A stretch of DNA of 62,308 nucleotides, counting the filler, from Piptocephalis cylindrospora (taxonomy: Eukaryota), in NCBI GenBank assembly GCA_003614145.1. It is 4 parts of 4 records of this genome, joined end to end, with 100 filler letters (N's around TTAATTAATTAA, not from the genome) between each part and the next. Parts side by side here need not be neighbours in the genome. Positions count along the whole stretch, not along the records: positions 15,619 to 31,123 come from KZ987894.1; positions 31,224 to 46,721 come from KZ987895.1; 2 more parts are not named here. One strand, 5' to 3'. The position numbers and the translations under genes are program-made. A model generated the notes under the pieces. The model was not told where the DNA came from and made no database searches. It saw nothing but the letters and a program-made list of their open reading frames with translations. Shown here piece after piece: positions 23,326-33,826 of this stretch (position 1 is the stretch's first letter; the number at the start of each line of letters is the position of its first letter).

Positions 23326-24269
23326 TCACTCGTGTTTCCATCAAGGAATCAGGCGTGAGGCGGGGTGCAGGGGGCATATAGGTCCTGGCTATCTCTTGGG
23401 TACGGGTCAAGGGTGAATGGCACGTTCATCTCTATACAAGGGTTTTTTCTATCGGTTGTATCATGAGTGTACGTTCCTTTCCTTACCCATCTCTCCCATC
23501 TGCAGCATCGTCATTGTCTGAGTGTATGCAAGGGCTCTTGGAAAAGGGGGATAGATGAGATGAGATGGAGCCGTGCCCTCATCGGGTCTGCCCCTCATCC
23601 CCTGATCGTCCCTTTCCTAAGGATACTAGTGCCGCTCTGGCCCATATAGAATCACAAGCCATTGATTCTAATGAATCGTCCCCATTATGGGGATCTCACA
23701 GTACAGTATTGGATACGGGGACTGGTCCTAAAGCAACCCCCCCTCCCGCACACATCAAGATGGTCTCTGACTCGGTCCAAGTCATCCCTGATCACGATGA
23801 CCAGGGTTCAGGCTCAGACACAGACACAGACACAGCCTAAATATTCCATCCATCTTTGATGGATATACCAGAGATGAAAGTAGCATTCATCCACCATGTT
23901 CACGTCTATATAATAATCCGAGGATAAAAGGTACAATTGTTCTTTTTTGGGATATTCATCGTTCACTCTGCACATCCCGTACTCTTCATCCTTGTCAAAC
24001 CCCATTCCACTTCACAATGGCCATCATCCGAACTTCTGTTGCTTCCACTACTGCAAACGCCGATATGGAGGATCCCTCCATTATACACCATTGCATTATC
24101 CTATCCTCCATCCCCATCTCTTCATCATCATGTGCCTCGGACCATCACTCCTCCTTCCCGGCTGGATCATACCAACAAGGGGTTCCGTCCTCAGATCCAG
24201 AGGGTCCACGGATCCCCCCTTGTGCCAGTGATTCAGCCGCTCCAGCCTGTCAAGGCCACTTCCCAGGGC

Positions 24270-25331
24270 ATGAATGGAGAGAACAATTCTGCTCCTTTAG
24301 CTTCGTGCTCCAGAGGCTCCGACCCGAGACAGGAACTATCCCGGAAACCCTCGAAAAACACACACCATCACCATTTTGTCTTCCAGGATCATCTCCGAAT
24401 CATCCTCTCTTCCAAGGCCCTGGAAGCCCTCTCGACCCTTCATTCCCGAGTCATGAAACCACAGCAGCCTGGGGGATGGATTCGTCTTCACGTCTCCATG
24501 ACCTCTGACTCCATCCCTATTCAGACACGACAGCAAGGTGATCGTAGTCGGAGAAGGGCATGGGATCACAGATTACAATGGGGAGAGGATGCTCAAAGGA
24601 TGAGCCGCGTCCCCAATGCCGGTGGGGCCAGTTGGTGGAGTGAAGTCCTGAGCATGGAGCTGATGCATCGAGTCTTCCAGGCCCAGCTCTTGCAATGTGA
24701 GGTACGGCTCATCCTTTGACCTTTGATCCATTCCTACCCCCTCACCTCCCCCTCCCTCCCTGTTCACTAGATGGAAATTCAATATTGGCCTGTAGGGGGT
24801 CCCATGACCGACTACATCTGCTCCCTTCCTCATCCTACTCCCATGCCCCTGCTCGTCTCGGTTACCAGAGCCATGCGTCTTCATCGTCGACGAGGTGCCA
24901 AAGCCTTCCCCTTTGGTCTTCCCCAGGCCAAGGCCTTGCTCCGAAAGAAGCTAGCCGGTGCTCATGCCGCTTCCTTGTCCGTTCTACACGCAGCCAGGGA
25001 TGAAGATGAGGATGACGAGGGAGAGGACGTGGATGATGGTGGCCAGGGAAACGGGAACGATGAGATGGACGGTGGCTTATCCCGTATCCTACTGCCTGGA
25101 CTGGGTGACCATACTTCCCTTCTACCTCACACCATCCTTCATATTTGGGCCCCAACGGGAAGGATTGCCTCTGTCCTCCATCGGGCCTGGAGGAGTCTAT
25201 CTCTCGAGGAAACCCGACATATCACCATTCTATGTGCCGTCGTCGATCTCCCATGGGTCTTTACCAACCATCCCCCTCGTTCCTTGCAGGCCCAGATGAG
25301 TTCAGAGACATCGATCTCTGATTCAGGGTAA
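24270..25331 (+). CDS. AAC4-like conserved protein of unknown function (possible PD-(D/E)XK-like fold); intron 24702-24770; start uncertain (frame open back to 23937)
   Basis: PNAGGASWWSEVLSMELM...CE|MEIQYWPVGGPMTDY...VSVTRAM...LLRKKL...ILHIWA, recalled as the motif series of the Dictyostelium AAC4-like family. Confidence 0.65.
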
Positions 25332-26022
25332 CGAGTCGAATTAGATCGGCTACTGAATGGGACTACGCCTTATTGTAGAGATACACTGTGATCATGGGTT
25401 TTCTCTTAGTGAAATGGATGCATATATGCATAAAAAATGGAAATGTCATCAGGTTCAGGTCATCACACCTCCAGTCACCGGGTACGCTTTCTGACGGCGC
25501 TATCGGCAGTAGGGTGTAAGGTTTTACAACACGGATGGTTCTTCTCGAGTCAGTGTCTGGCCCCCATCCCACATACGCACCCCACACACCCGAAGGCATG
25601 AGGGGAGGAGGGTAGGCGAGGGAATTTGGCTGCTCTGTGCACTATACAAAGTATATTATTTTTGTTAGCACTACTGATGTAAGGAAAACCAAGACTGGGA
25701 TATATTGAAGAGGATCCTTCCCCCCTCCCCTTATATCCGCCACTGTATCACACGAATTGTGGGACAAGACACTGTTAAATACACACACCCTGATCCACAC
25801 ACACACCCGTCAAACTCCTCTGGCTTGCACTACACGCACTTTTTTTTTTCTTTCCCCTTTCGCCCATTCCCTCCCTCTTCCTTGTACACTTCCCCCGCCT
25901 CATGTAATAAAAAAAAGCATTCCCCCCTCCCCCGTCAAGCATCCACGTCAAGGATCACTCCTCCCCGCAAGGTAGGTCCCGATCTCCCTGGCCTCGGCCA
26001 TAGACACCCCTCCCCTCCGTCG

Positions 26023-26169
26023 CGGGTGAGGTGATGATCCCTTTGGTAACCTGAGACCCTATCGGACCTGGGGATGGACTGTGGATCCTTGCACCAGGGA
26101 CTCCACCTGGCCTTCCCTGGATGTCGATCCTGAGGAACTCACCATGGCGAACTCGTACCTGATCACCCG
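26023..26169 (+). ncRNA. Putative intronic box C/D snoRNA, target uncertain
   Basis: C box GTGATGA 26031-26037, D box CTGA 26159-26162, 7-bp terminal stem CGGGTGA/TCACCCG in kink-turn geometry, internal CTGA at 26051 and 26130. Confidence 0.65.
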
Positions 26170-26409
26170 TGCCCCTCTCCCTCGATGTCCCCTGTCGCCC
26201 CTTACCTCGCTGTCTTGTGTGCCCATTGACTCAACGTCTCCATTCTGTCTAGCCTTGCCCTTGACGCGATCCACAGCCCTCTGGCCATGGCTTTCTATCT
26301 CCTCGTCTCTATCCAAACCGTAAGTCCTTCCATTCCATTCCATCCTATCTCCGTATCCTTCTCTCCTTCCCTATATCGGTGAGGCAAGATTGATTTCTTG
26401 CAACGAATC

Positions 26410-26502
26410 GGGACGGGATGATAACCTTCGTTCACTTCAGACTCCCTATGAAAAACCATACGGCGCCGATGAGAAGTAACACCTCTAAGAAGCTCTGATC
26501 CC
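26410..26502 (+). ncRNA. Intronic box C/D snoRNA, U61/SNORD61-like (guide for 18S rRNA CUUCUUAGAGG)
   Basis: Stem GGGA/TCCC, C box variant GGGATGA, D box CTGA 26495-26498 preceded by CCTCTAAGAAGCT, which is complementary to conserved SSU rRNA CUUCUUAGAGG. Confidence 0.75.
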
Positions 26503-27099
26503 TTTTCGTTTGCACTTTCTCTCTTTGCGTGTTCCCTTGGGAGAGGAGAAAGGAGGGATGGCGGCTCTTTGGTCCTCTTTAGGTTCCTCCTCGCTCACCC
26601 TGCCTTCTCCCCTTATCAGGTTACCATTCCAGAGACATCAAGCAACATTTCCCTAGAACATACAATAGACCTATTTTCCTACAAAATCAGCACGACTTTT
26701 ATCTCCATCATCCTAGTTCTTTGGGGTTGAGACAGCGCAGAGTAATTACAGCCCTAGGTTTAACAATGATACCAATGAATACTAAGACATTAAGAGAAGA
26801 ACGCACAGAGTTTATATACGAGATGAAATGGGTCAATTTTTGATGGTTTTCCTATGGAGTCAGCCCAGTCCTCAGGGCCTACACAGAGCCCCACGCCCGT
26901 GCTCATTTCGCGTTCAGGACTGGGTCATGACACCTTTCTCAAGCACTCGGGATAGCCCTTGGGCTGGGACCTGGATTGAAGGAAACATAAAGGCCCTCTT
27001 TATTCCCTATTCCCCCTCCCTCCCCCCCTCCCCAATCAGCGACATGTACCTTCTTTGAACTTTCCTTCCTTCCTCAGCCCTACACACATCCTGTTCTTC

Positions 27100-28837
27100 A
27101 TGCTCCAACATAGTCTCCTCAGGTCTCTGGGTAGGGGTGTGTCAGCCCATGGGCGTCTCGTGCTCCGTCATTCACCGCTCCTTGCAGCCATGTCCGTCAG
27201 GTCACCTATCAGCCTGTCAAGGTCGAGACCCCTGACTTTCTCACCCGAAGAGGACCGAGTAAGTCCTCTCCCCCGACCCTGCTGCTCTCTTCTACTTCAC
27301 TCACGTCTTCCTTGTAGGAAATCATTCGAGAGGTTCTTCAGACCCTTCCCTCCAAGCGGGAAGCGAGACACTTTCTTCGCGAATTTGGCGACACCCATCC
27401 AGGGCATCCTGATACCCTGCACATCGCCCTGACCCATCTACACACCCTCACAGGTGAAATGACTCAGACTGCTGCCCTGACCTTGGTTCGTCTCTCTCGT
27501 CTGGGTCTCTGGCCCATCATCGTCGTTGATGATCGTTCCTGGATGGAAGAAGGTTCCACTCCAGCCTTCAATCCCCACTCTCCAGCTGTACAGGTCCAAG
27601 AGAGAATTTGTCGGGCTCTGGACAGCACGGGCGCCAAGGCCATTCCTATGGCATCGGGGATCTTTACCATGGATTACTCGAGTGGGCGGAAGGCCGGAAA
27701 AGATCCATCCCTATTCTATCCTCCTCCTTCAATCCACACTGATCTCTCACTCATCTCCAGGGCCATCCACTTTGGCTCCATACCCGTTATCCTCCCCATC
27801 GGTATCACCAATCCAGCTATGAAATTGAAGCATTTTCCCTCAAGCGAGGCCTTGCTCGCTCTGTCAAAGGCATTTTCTCTACCTTCCTCCACTCTTCCCG
27901 TCCCTCACCGGCTCCTCCTTCTTTCCCCCGATTTGCATCTACGGAAACATGCCCTTATCAATCTCGCTGATGAACTGCCCCGCCTCCAAGCCGAACTTTC
28001 CTCCCGGGAGCTAGAGGCCATTCGCCTTGCCGGCCAGTGTCTAGAATACGGACGGCCTACCACTTCGGTCATTCTATCCTCTCCCTTACAGAGCTCCATC
28101 CCCATCGCTAACCTTATCACCGACAAGCCCAGCGTCTCCCCTTCTCTTCCGCCTGACCGTAAACCTTTGATTAATGCGACAATCCTTCGAAAAGGCCTTC
28201 CCGTGTCCGTGGTGCATTCCCTAGAGGAATTGGATCTTCCCAGGGTGTTTTCCCTCCTTGAAAGCTCGTTTTCCAAGACCATCGACCGCCCTTCCTTTAC
28301 CGATCGACTGGCCCATCACTTCCACCGGGCTATCATCGTCGGTGACCATGAGGGCCTTGCTATCGTCACCAAGGAAGGGCCTGGCCAGGCTGTGTACTAC
28401 CTGGACAAGTTTGCTGTCGCTCCTGCCAGCCAGGGCCTGAGTATTGCTGATATCCTCTGGAATCGTCTTGTCAAAGAGTGCCCTGTCCTTTCCTGGAGAT
28501 CAAGAAGTGATAACCCCGTTAATCCTTGGTAAGTACTACTAGTGGGAAGAAGTACAGATTAAGAGGAGACCCTTATCGTTTGGTAGGGCCCTTCTCCCGA
28601 GATGCTCATCTATTATTCTCTTCCCGCTCACCCGCCTATCCCGTTGTATACAGGTACTTTGAACGAGCTCAAGGTCACGTCCTTATCCCACACACTAACT
28701 GGACCGTCTTTTGGTATGGCTTCAATCGAGGTGTCGGTGAATGGATGAAGCGGTACATGGAGGTTGCTAGCCATATCCCTGCATCATTTCTTCCTCCCCC
28801 CTCCCCCACTGAAGGAAAGGCTGAGGCTAAGGGCTAA
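27100..28837 (+). CDS. ARG2: Mitochondrial amino-acid acetyltransferase (N-acetylglutamate synthase); exons 27100-27258, 27318-28528, 28654-28837
   Basis: Arg/Ser-rich presequence, PSKREARHFL, IANLITDKP, YLDKFAV, ADILW, WRSRSDNPVNPWYFERAQG, WTVFWYG. Confidence 0.9.
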
Positions 28838-29550
28838 GTAAATGGTACAGTAAGAGAGATAGGAAGGGTGAAAATGTATATGTCGTTTCTCTCCGGCCCT
28901 CAACCCGTATGGTCCCGTGTATTACCTCAGCAATACACTTTGATTGTGGACGCATTCTACCTTTTCTTGGTGAAGGTACAAGCCCCTTGTTGAACTCTAA
29001 AGGCACCCAGTACGCCTTGCAATGGAGTTCACTTGGTGATACCTGTGTATACGATACAGGGCTCACATTTACACATGTATAGTTACCCATGCGACAGGCG
29101 GCGTTCCAAGGCATGAGAACCTGCGTCAGATACATCGATAAGGTGGGAAACCCCATGGTTTCCTGACTGACTAACAGAAGCTCGTCTTAGAATGCATAGT
29201 CTGCGGCCTGGAGCACTGAGAGAGTCATGTCTACAGTGGGGCGAGATATAAACTAGCTTACATTATGAGAGAGCATGTAAAGGTCATTGAATGCTACTGT
29301 TCATTGCTCTTTACGCTGAACTATGAATGAGTATCATACTGTCTAGGGAATTTGTGATAATACAATAACTCCCTTTCCCTGTGATCTCGATCCTTTTCGC
29401 CTTCTCTGATCAGATTCTGAGTTTCACTCCTCCCCATCCCAAATGCCTCCAAGATTGCCCCTAATTCCCTGAGCGCCATGCTCTCAGTTGATTCCTCCGT
29501 ACCACTCCATACAACTCCGCTTTCACCAGACACCTCTATATCATAGGTCC

Positions 29551-29577
29551 CTCCCCCCCCCCCCCCCCCCCCCCCCC
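29551..29577. repeat. Poly-C run
   Basis: Visible run. Confidence 0.85.
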
Positions 29578-29992
29578 ACCCGCTGGCGGTCTAAACCTAG
29601 GATACGGATTTGGTATTCCCTTTTCCTCTTCGCTAGTCATTTCCCTTGAACTGATTATCTCTACATCTTCGGGCTGTCCAAGGATGATAGTCCCATCCCT
29701 TCTTCTCTATGAAAGGAAATGATCTCTTTTGCTTGCCACGACCTGCCTATTTTCCTGCTGACCTTGGATAGAGATTAAAGCCCAATAAACATCGAGATCA
29801 GGGCTATTACGAATAGCAGATACATTGGAATGCAAGGACCAGTTTCTTCGATAGACACATGCCCTCCCTGTACATAAGGGATTTACACAATGAAGACCAT
29901 AACGACTTTTCTCAAAGTCATCAAGCAACGGATTCTGAGGTAAAGGGGCCGCAGCACGCGAGCTACAAGCAAATTGCTGCGATCAGACATGC

Positions 29993-31123
29993 TCAACGCT
30001 GCACCTCCCTCCTATGTAGGAAATGTGCTTTGATATCCGGGTGTTCCTTGATCCATTTCCGGCATTGACCAGAAGCATCAAGAAAGCTACGATGGGAGAA
30101 CTTTTCCGTCAAGGCAGTTTCCTGAATAGCCTCCTCTCCAATGAGGTACCCGTACAACTCCTCCACCGCCGAGTACAATTCCATTTCTCCATACCACGTA
30201 TACTCCGTCATGCGTTGATCCCAGCAGCCTCGGCGGCGGATGGTCCGTGCAAGCCATAGACAGGTAGCAGCCATCTTCGATGGGGGGTACTTCAAAAGGG
30301 GTGGTGGACCATGGCCACCTGGGAAAGATACAAAGAGATGGCTCTGACATGCATGCAGCTCCCCTCCGCCCGGCTTCCACGCATGAGGAATGGAAGAATG
30401 ATCGGGACATTGAGTTCCCAGTCAATGGCGTCCAAAAGGTATCTTTGTGCCTTGAAGATATCTCGCTTGGTATAGATATTCTCACAGAGGTCCAAGTATT
30501 GCTTTACCGGAGGACCCCCAAACCAGTGGTAATCGGAAGCAGTAAAAAGAGCAGCCGCACCTAGAAGCTGGAGGCGACTAAGGGTAGCTGTGCGGAGGGA
30601 AAGAAACCTATCCACCATATTTATGGCGAGGTAGAGAGAAGACTCCTTCAGTCGGAGATGTTCGTGGATTTCGATCATCCACTGCACGAGGATGGTGCGC
30701 ATCTCCCAAGTCAGGTCTTTCTGATCATCCATGTAGCGAGCTCTTGGCATCGCCAATTCCTCGCGAGTCCTGAGGTTAGTGTATATCTCCTCCGTGTAAG
30801 GAGCCATCATAGCGCTACTAGACTGATCTTCTGCCTCCAGCTGCTCTCTAACACGCCGGAGTACCACTTCCTCGTCCACCTCCTCCACCACCCTCTCCTT
30901 GGAAGCCTTTTGTGTCTTCCCATGGTGCTTGGCAGGTTCCCTAACGATAATTTGGTTATCCAGGGAATCTCGAAGAGCACTCTTCAGTACGCTATCCTGT
31001 GGTTTTCCATGGTGATCGAGGCCATCGGTATAAGGCAAAGGGGCTGGCTGCTGCTTCTCACCTCCATCGTGATGGTGGAGAGACGGGCTCGCCGCAGGGG
31101 GAGGGGGGGGGGGGAGGGGGGGG
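29993..31123 (-). pseudogene. Divergent B-type cyclin, frameshifted at 30294-30297 and 5' truncated at contig edge
   Basis: YTEEIYTNLR, YMDDQKDLTWEMRTILVQW, LYLAINMVDRFLS and LQLLG, then ...HHPF/LKYPPSKMAA in another frame. Conserved KYEE is replaced by DYHW. Confidence 0.7.
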
Positions 31124-31223
31124 NNNNNNNNNNNNNNNNNNNNNNNNNNNNNNNNNNNNNNNNNNNNTTAATTAATTAANNNNNNNNNNNNNNNNNNNNN
31201 NNNNNNNNNNNNNNNNNNNNNNN
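31124..31223. other. Artificial contig-join spacer
   Basis: 44 N + TTAATTAATTAA + 44 N. Confidence 0.97.
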
Positions 31224-31274
31224 GTACTTCCCCATTCTCATCTGCCTCTACCGAACCCCCGTTCTTTCTGACCT

Positions 31275-31531
31275 TTAGTAACTAAACTAAGAGTAGCGAG
31301 AATGGCATGAGTTCAATCTCTCGACCAGTTTGGGACATCCTAACACCACACTCTCCTTACCTGGATCAGATAGGACTCTGCAACGGATCGAGCCCGAGTG
31401 TTAAGATTGAGCTTCATCTCAGAAATCTCCTTATCCACCTCTTCCATAAATTGAATGATAAAGTCGACCAGCTTATGCTTCAGCATGGCCTGAGTATGGA
31501 AGTTGGTGATGAGGAAGCTAATGTCATGTCC
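31275..31531 (-). CDS. ARPC4: Arp2/3 complex subunit 4, last two exons only (31531-31361, 31286-31275); 5' exons not found
   Basis: [60 protein letters not shown], very close to the ARPC4/Arc19 C-terminus. Confidence 0.85.
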
Positions 31532-32440
31532 CTGTGAGGTGATTGATGAGAAGAATACAATTGAAGTATGATGCAGTTTTTTTCGGGGTTGTATAAGATG
31601 AAGTAAATCAAAGGCACTCTTGACGTGGCTCACCAATGTACTCTTGCAACTAGGCGTCTCTGTCGAAAGAATAGCTCGCTGTTGAAAATTCCCGATCTTA
31701 TGGGGAAAACGCGCCCGAAAGACTTTCGAAAGGATGCTTTAGCATCCGCTGTTTTCAAAATTAACATAGAACATGATGAAAGGTACTCTTTACGATAAGT
31801 ATATAATTGATCTAATGGATGGTATTGATATTCATGAGAGGCTGCTCATAGTATAACAGTTTAACCGAAGACGATTTACTACTCCACTTGAATTGGAGGC
31901 TCTGTTGATGATCTTACCAGAACGCTATCATTTTCTCTAATGATGACAAAGAGCCGAGTAATTCCTATATTTTAAATTCATTTTTTGGCACTTTATTTAA
32001 TTTTCTTTTTAGGCCTGAGCCAAAGGGTGGTGTTTTTCTCGTGTAAAAGCTTCCATTATCATCTTTTTTTATAGAACTTGATTGAATGCTGATGGAACAT
32101 GGCGATGATAAAAATGAAATACTGATTGAGTGTAGTGTCATCCTTGTCATAAAGAAGCAGTAAAAGTGCATTTAGCCTCCTCCATAAATTAGACCATTAT
32201 AGTCAATTTTCATCTTTTAACATAATTTTCTTTTTGTAAGCCACACTATGTGTGTGTGTGTCTGAGAGGGTATGTGAGTAGCCTCCCCCAGGAAAATAAA
32301 GGATCTCAGACACACACACACCAGTCACGATCTGTCGATGCACCCAAGAAGCACGACGCAGCCGAAATCACCCCTTTCCCGCTTCTAGCCGGGTCCTTCC
32401 TCTCTGAATCCAACCTTTGTGGTTTACACGTCTCTTCACC

Positions 32441-32994
32441 ATGGTAAGTAGATCCTATCCATCCATCCATCCATCCCTATACCCATCCATCCATCGTGGA
32501 TGGATGCAAGGATAATGGCTTAGGTAGATGGAAGAGCATTGTGGACGAACGAGCTGTCCGAAGTAGAGGGAGGATAGGGGATCTTGGTCGGGATGAAGGA
32601 TGGGGTATGAGCCCCCAGATGAATCTTTGAAGGGTCATCTCGGATTCGCAGCATCGGCCAGAAGCAAGCTGTTGCATTTCATGGTGCTTTCCTCAATACT
32701 GTTCTTGATCTTTCGGATCTTGTCTTGAAGAAAAAACCGATGGATATTATAACACTTCTTCATGGTGCTCTTCGTGCCTTGTACCACCATCCTGTTCCTA
32801 AAGCGTCATCGTATTCATCCCTTCTCTCTATCCACTTGTAGCCGTCCCACAAGTCTTTCAAGGTTAAGCGCATCCTCGGCAAGAAGCAAAAGCAGAACCG
32901 CCCCATTCCCCAGTGGTTCCGTCTTCGCACCGACAACACCATCCAGTACAACGCCAAGCGTCGTCACTGGCGCCGCACCAAGCTCGGCATCTAA
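32441..32994 (+). CDS. RPL39: 60S ribosomal protein eL39; exons 32441-32443 (ATG only) and 32842-32994
   Basis: [51 protein letters not shown] with a 398-nt GT-AG intron. Missed by the ORF track. Confidence 0.96.
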
Positions 32995-33826
32995 GCGGGC
33001 TTTCTTCCGTTGCCCTCAGCCTCTCTCTTTGGATTTGTCCAGGACGTCCCCCCCTTATTTGGGTATAAGGGCCATGGCAGGGCTATGCATGGGGAACTCT
33101 GGGGAATTGTATGGTATTGTGATGATCGGATAAAGGAGTGGATACTGGATTTTCCAGTGTCTCTCCCCGATTATTTCCATCCCTTTTTCTCTCCACCCCA
33201 TTCCTCTTCTCTTTCCCATGCTCTCTTCCTGATGAGGACATGGTTGTCTAAACAGAGATGTTGAACCTTTAGAGCCTGATTTTTACTCCTCGCTGTGTTA
33301 TGGAGGCTAGGTGGGGCGATTAGAGTTGTTCTGGACTGAGACTTTACCTATACTGACAGGTAATAATAATAGTAATATCCAGGGAGAGGATACTAGACTG
33401 TACAGGCATATTTATCGCGTAGGCAATGATGACTTAGGCGCGCGTCCCGATGATCTGAATGCGACCATCCTGATCATTACCATTCTTTTCCCCATGAATC
33501 CACCGTGGTTTAGCTAACATTGCCCTAGTCTTGACACGCCCTATTGGTCTTCCTGAGGCCATATCATAAGCAGTACCACGGGCGCTTCTCGGGATATGAG
33601 GGTCCCTATCTATACTAACAACATTTGCTTGCATGAGCAAGCACTGTAAACGGAGAGTCTACAGAGGGAGCACTGTGGGTAATTATTCCATGCCTCATCA
33701 ATCATCGTCACAGATGAGAGTACAGCTATACGAATGAATCTGGAAGGCTGTTATGCTTTGAAGGCACATCCTGTTTTCTTACCACTTTTCAACTTCTATA
33801 TAACCTGCTCACTCACCTTTGTAGCC

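Larger units (their letters stand above)
25921..26660 (+). ncRNA. Putative non-coding snoRNA host gene with introns 25972-26252 and 26320-26619 (outer boundaries approximate)
   Basis: GTAGGT and GTAAGT donors, pyrimidine-rich TAG/CAG acceptors, short exons without a credible ORF, one C/D snoRNA in each intron. Confidence 0.6.

Noticed and set aside
26130..26143. CTGA...CTCACC as the 3' end of the first snoRNA
   Set aside because: The D box at 26159-26162 gives a longer stem with proper kink-turn spacing.
29321..29990. Short minus-strand ORFs that might be a decayed gene or element
   Set aside because: No recognisable motif, so no call can be supported without a search.
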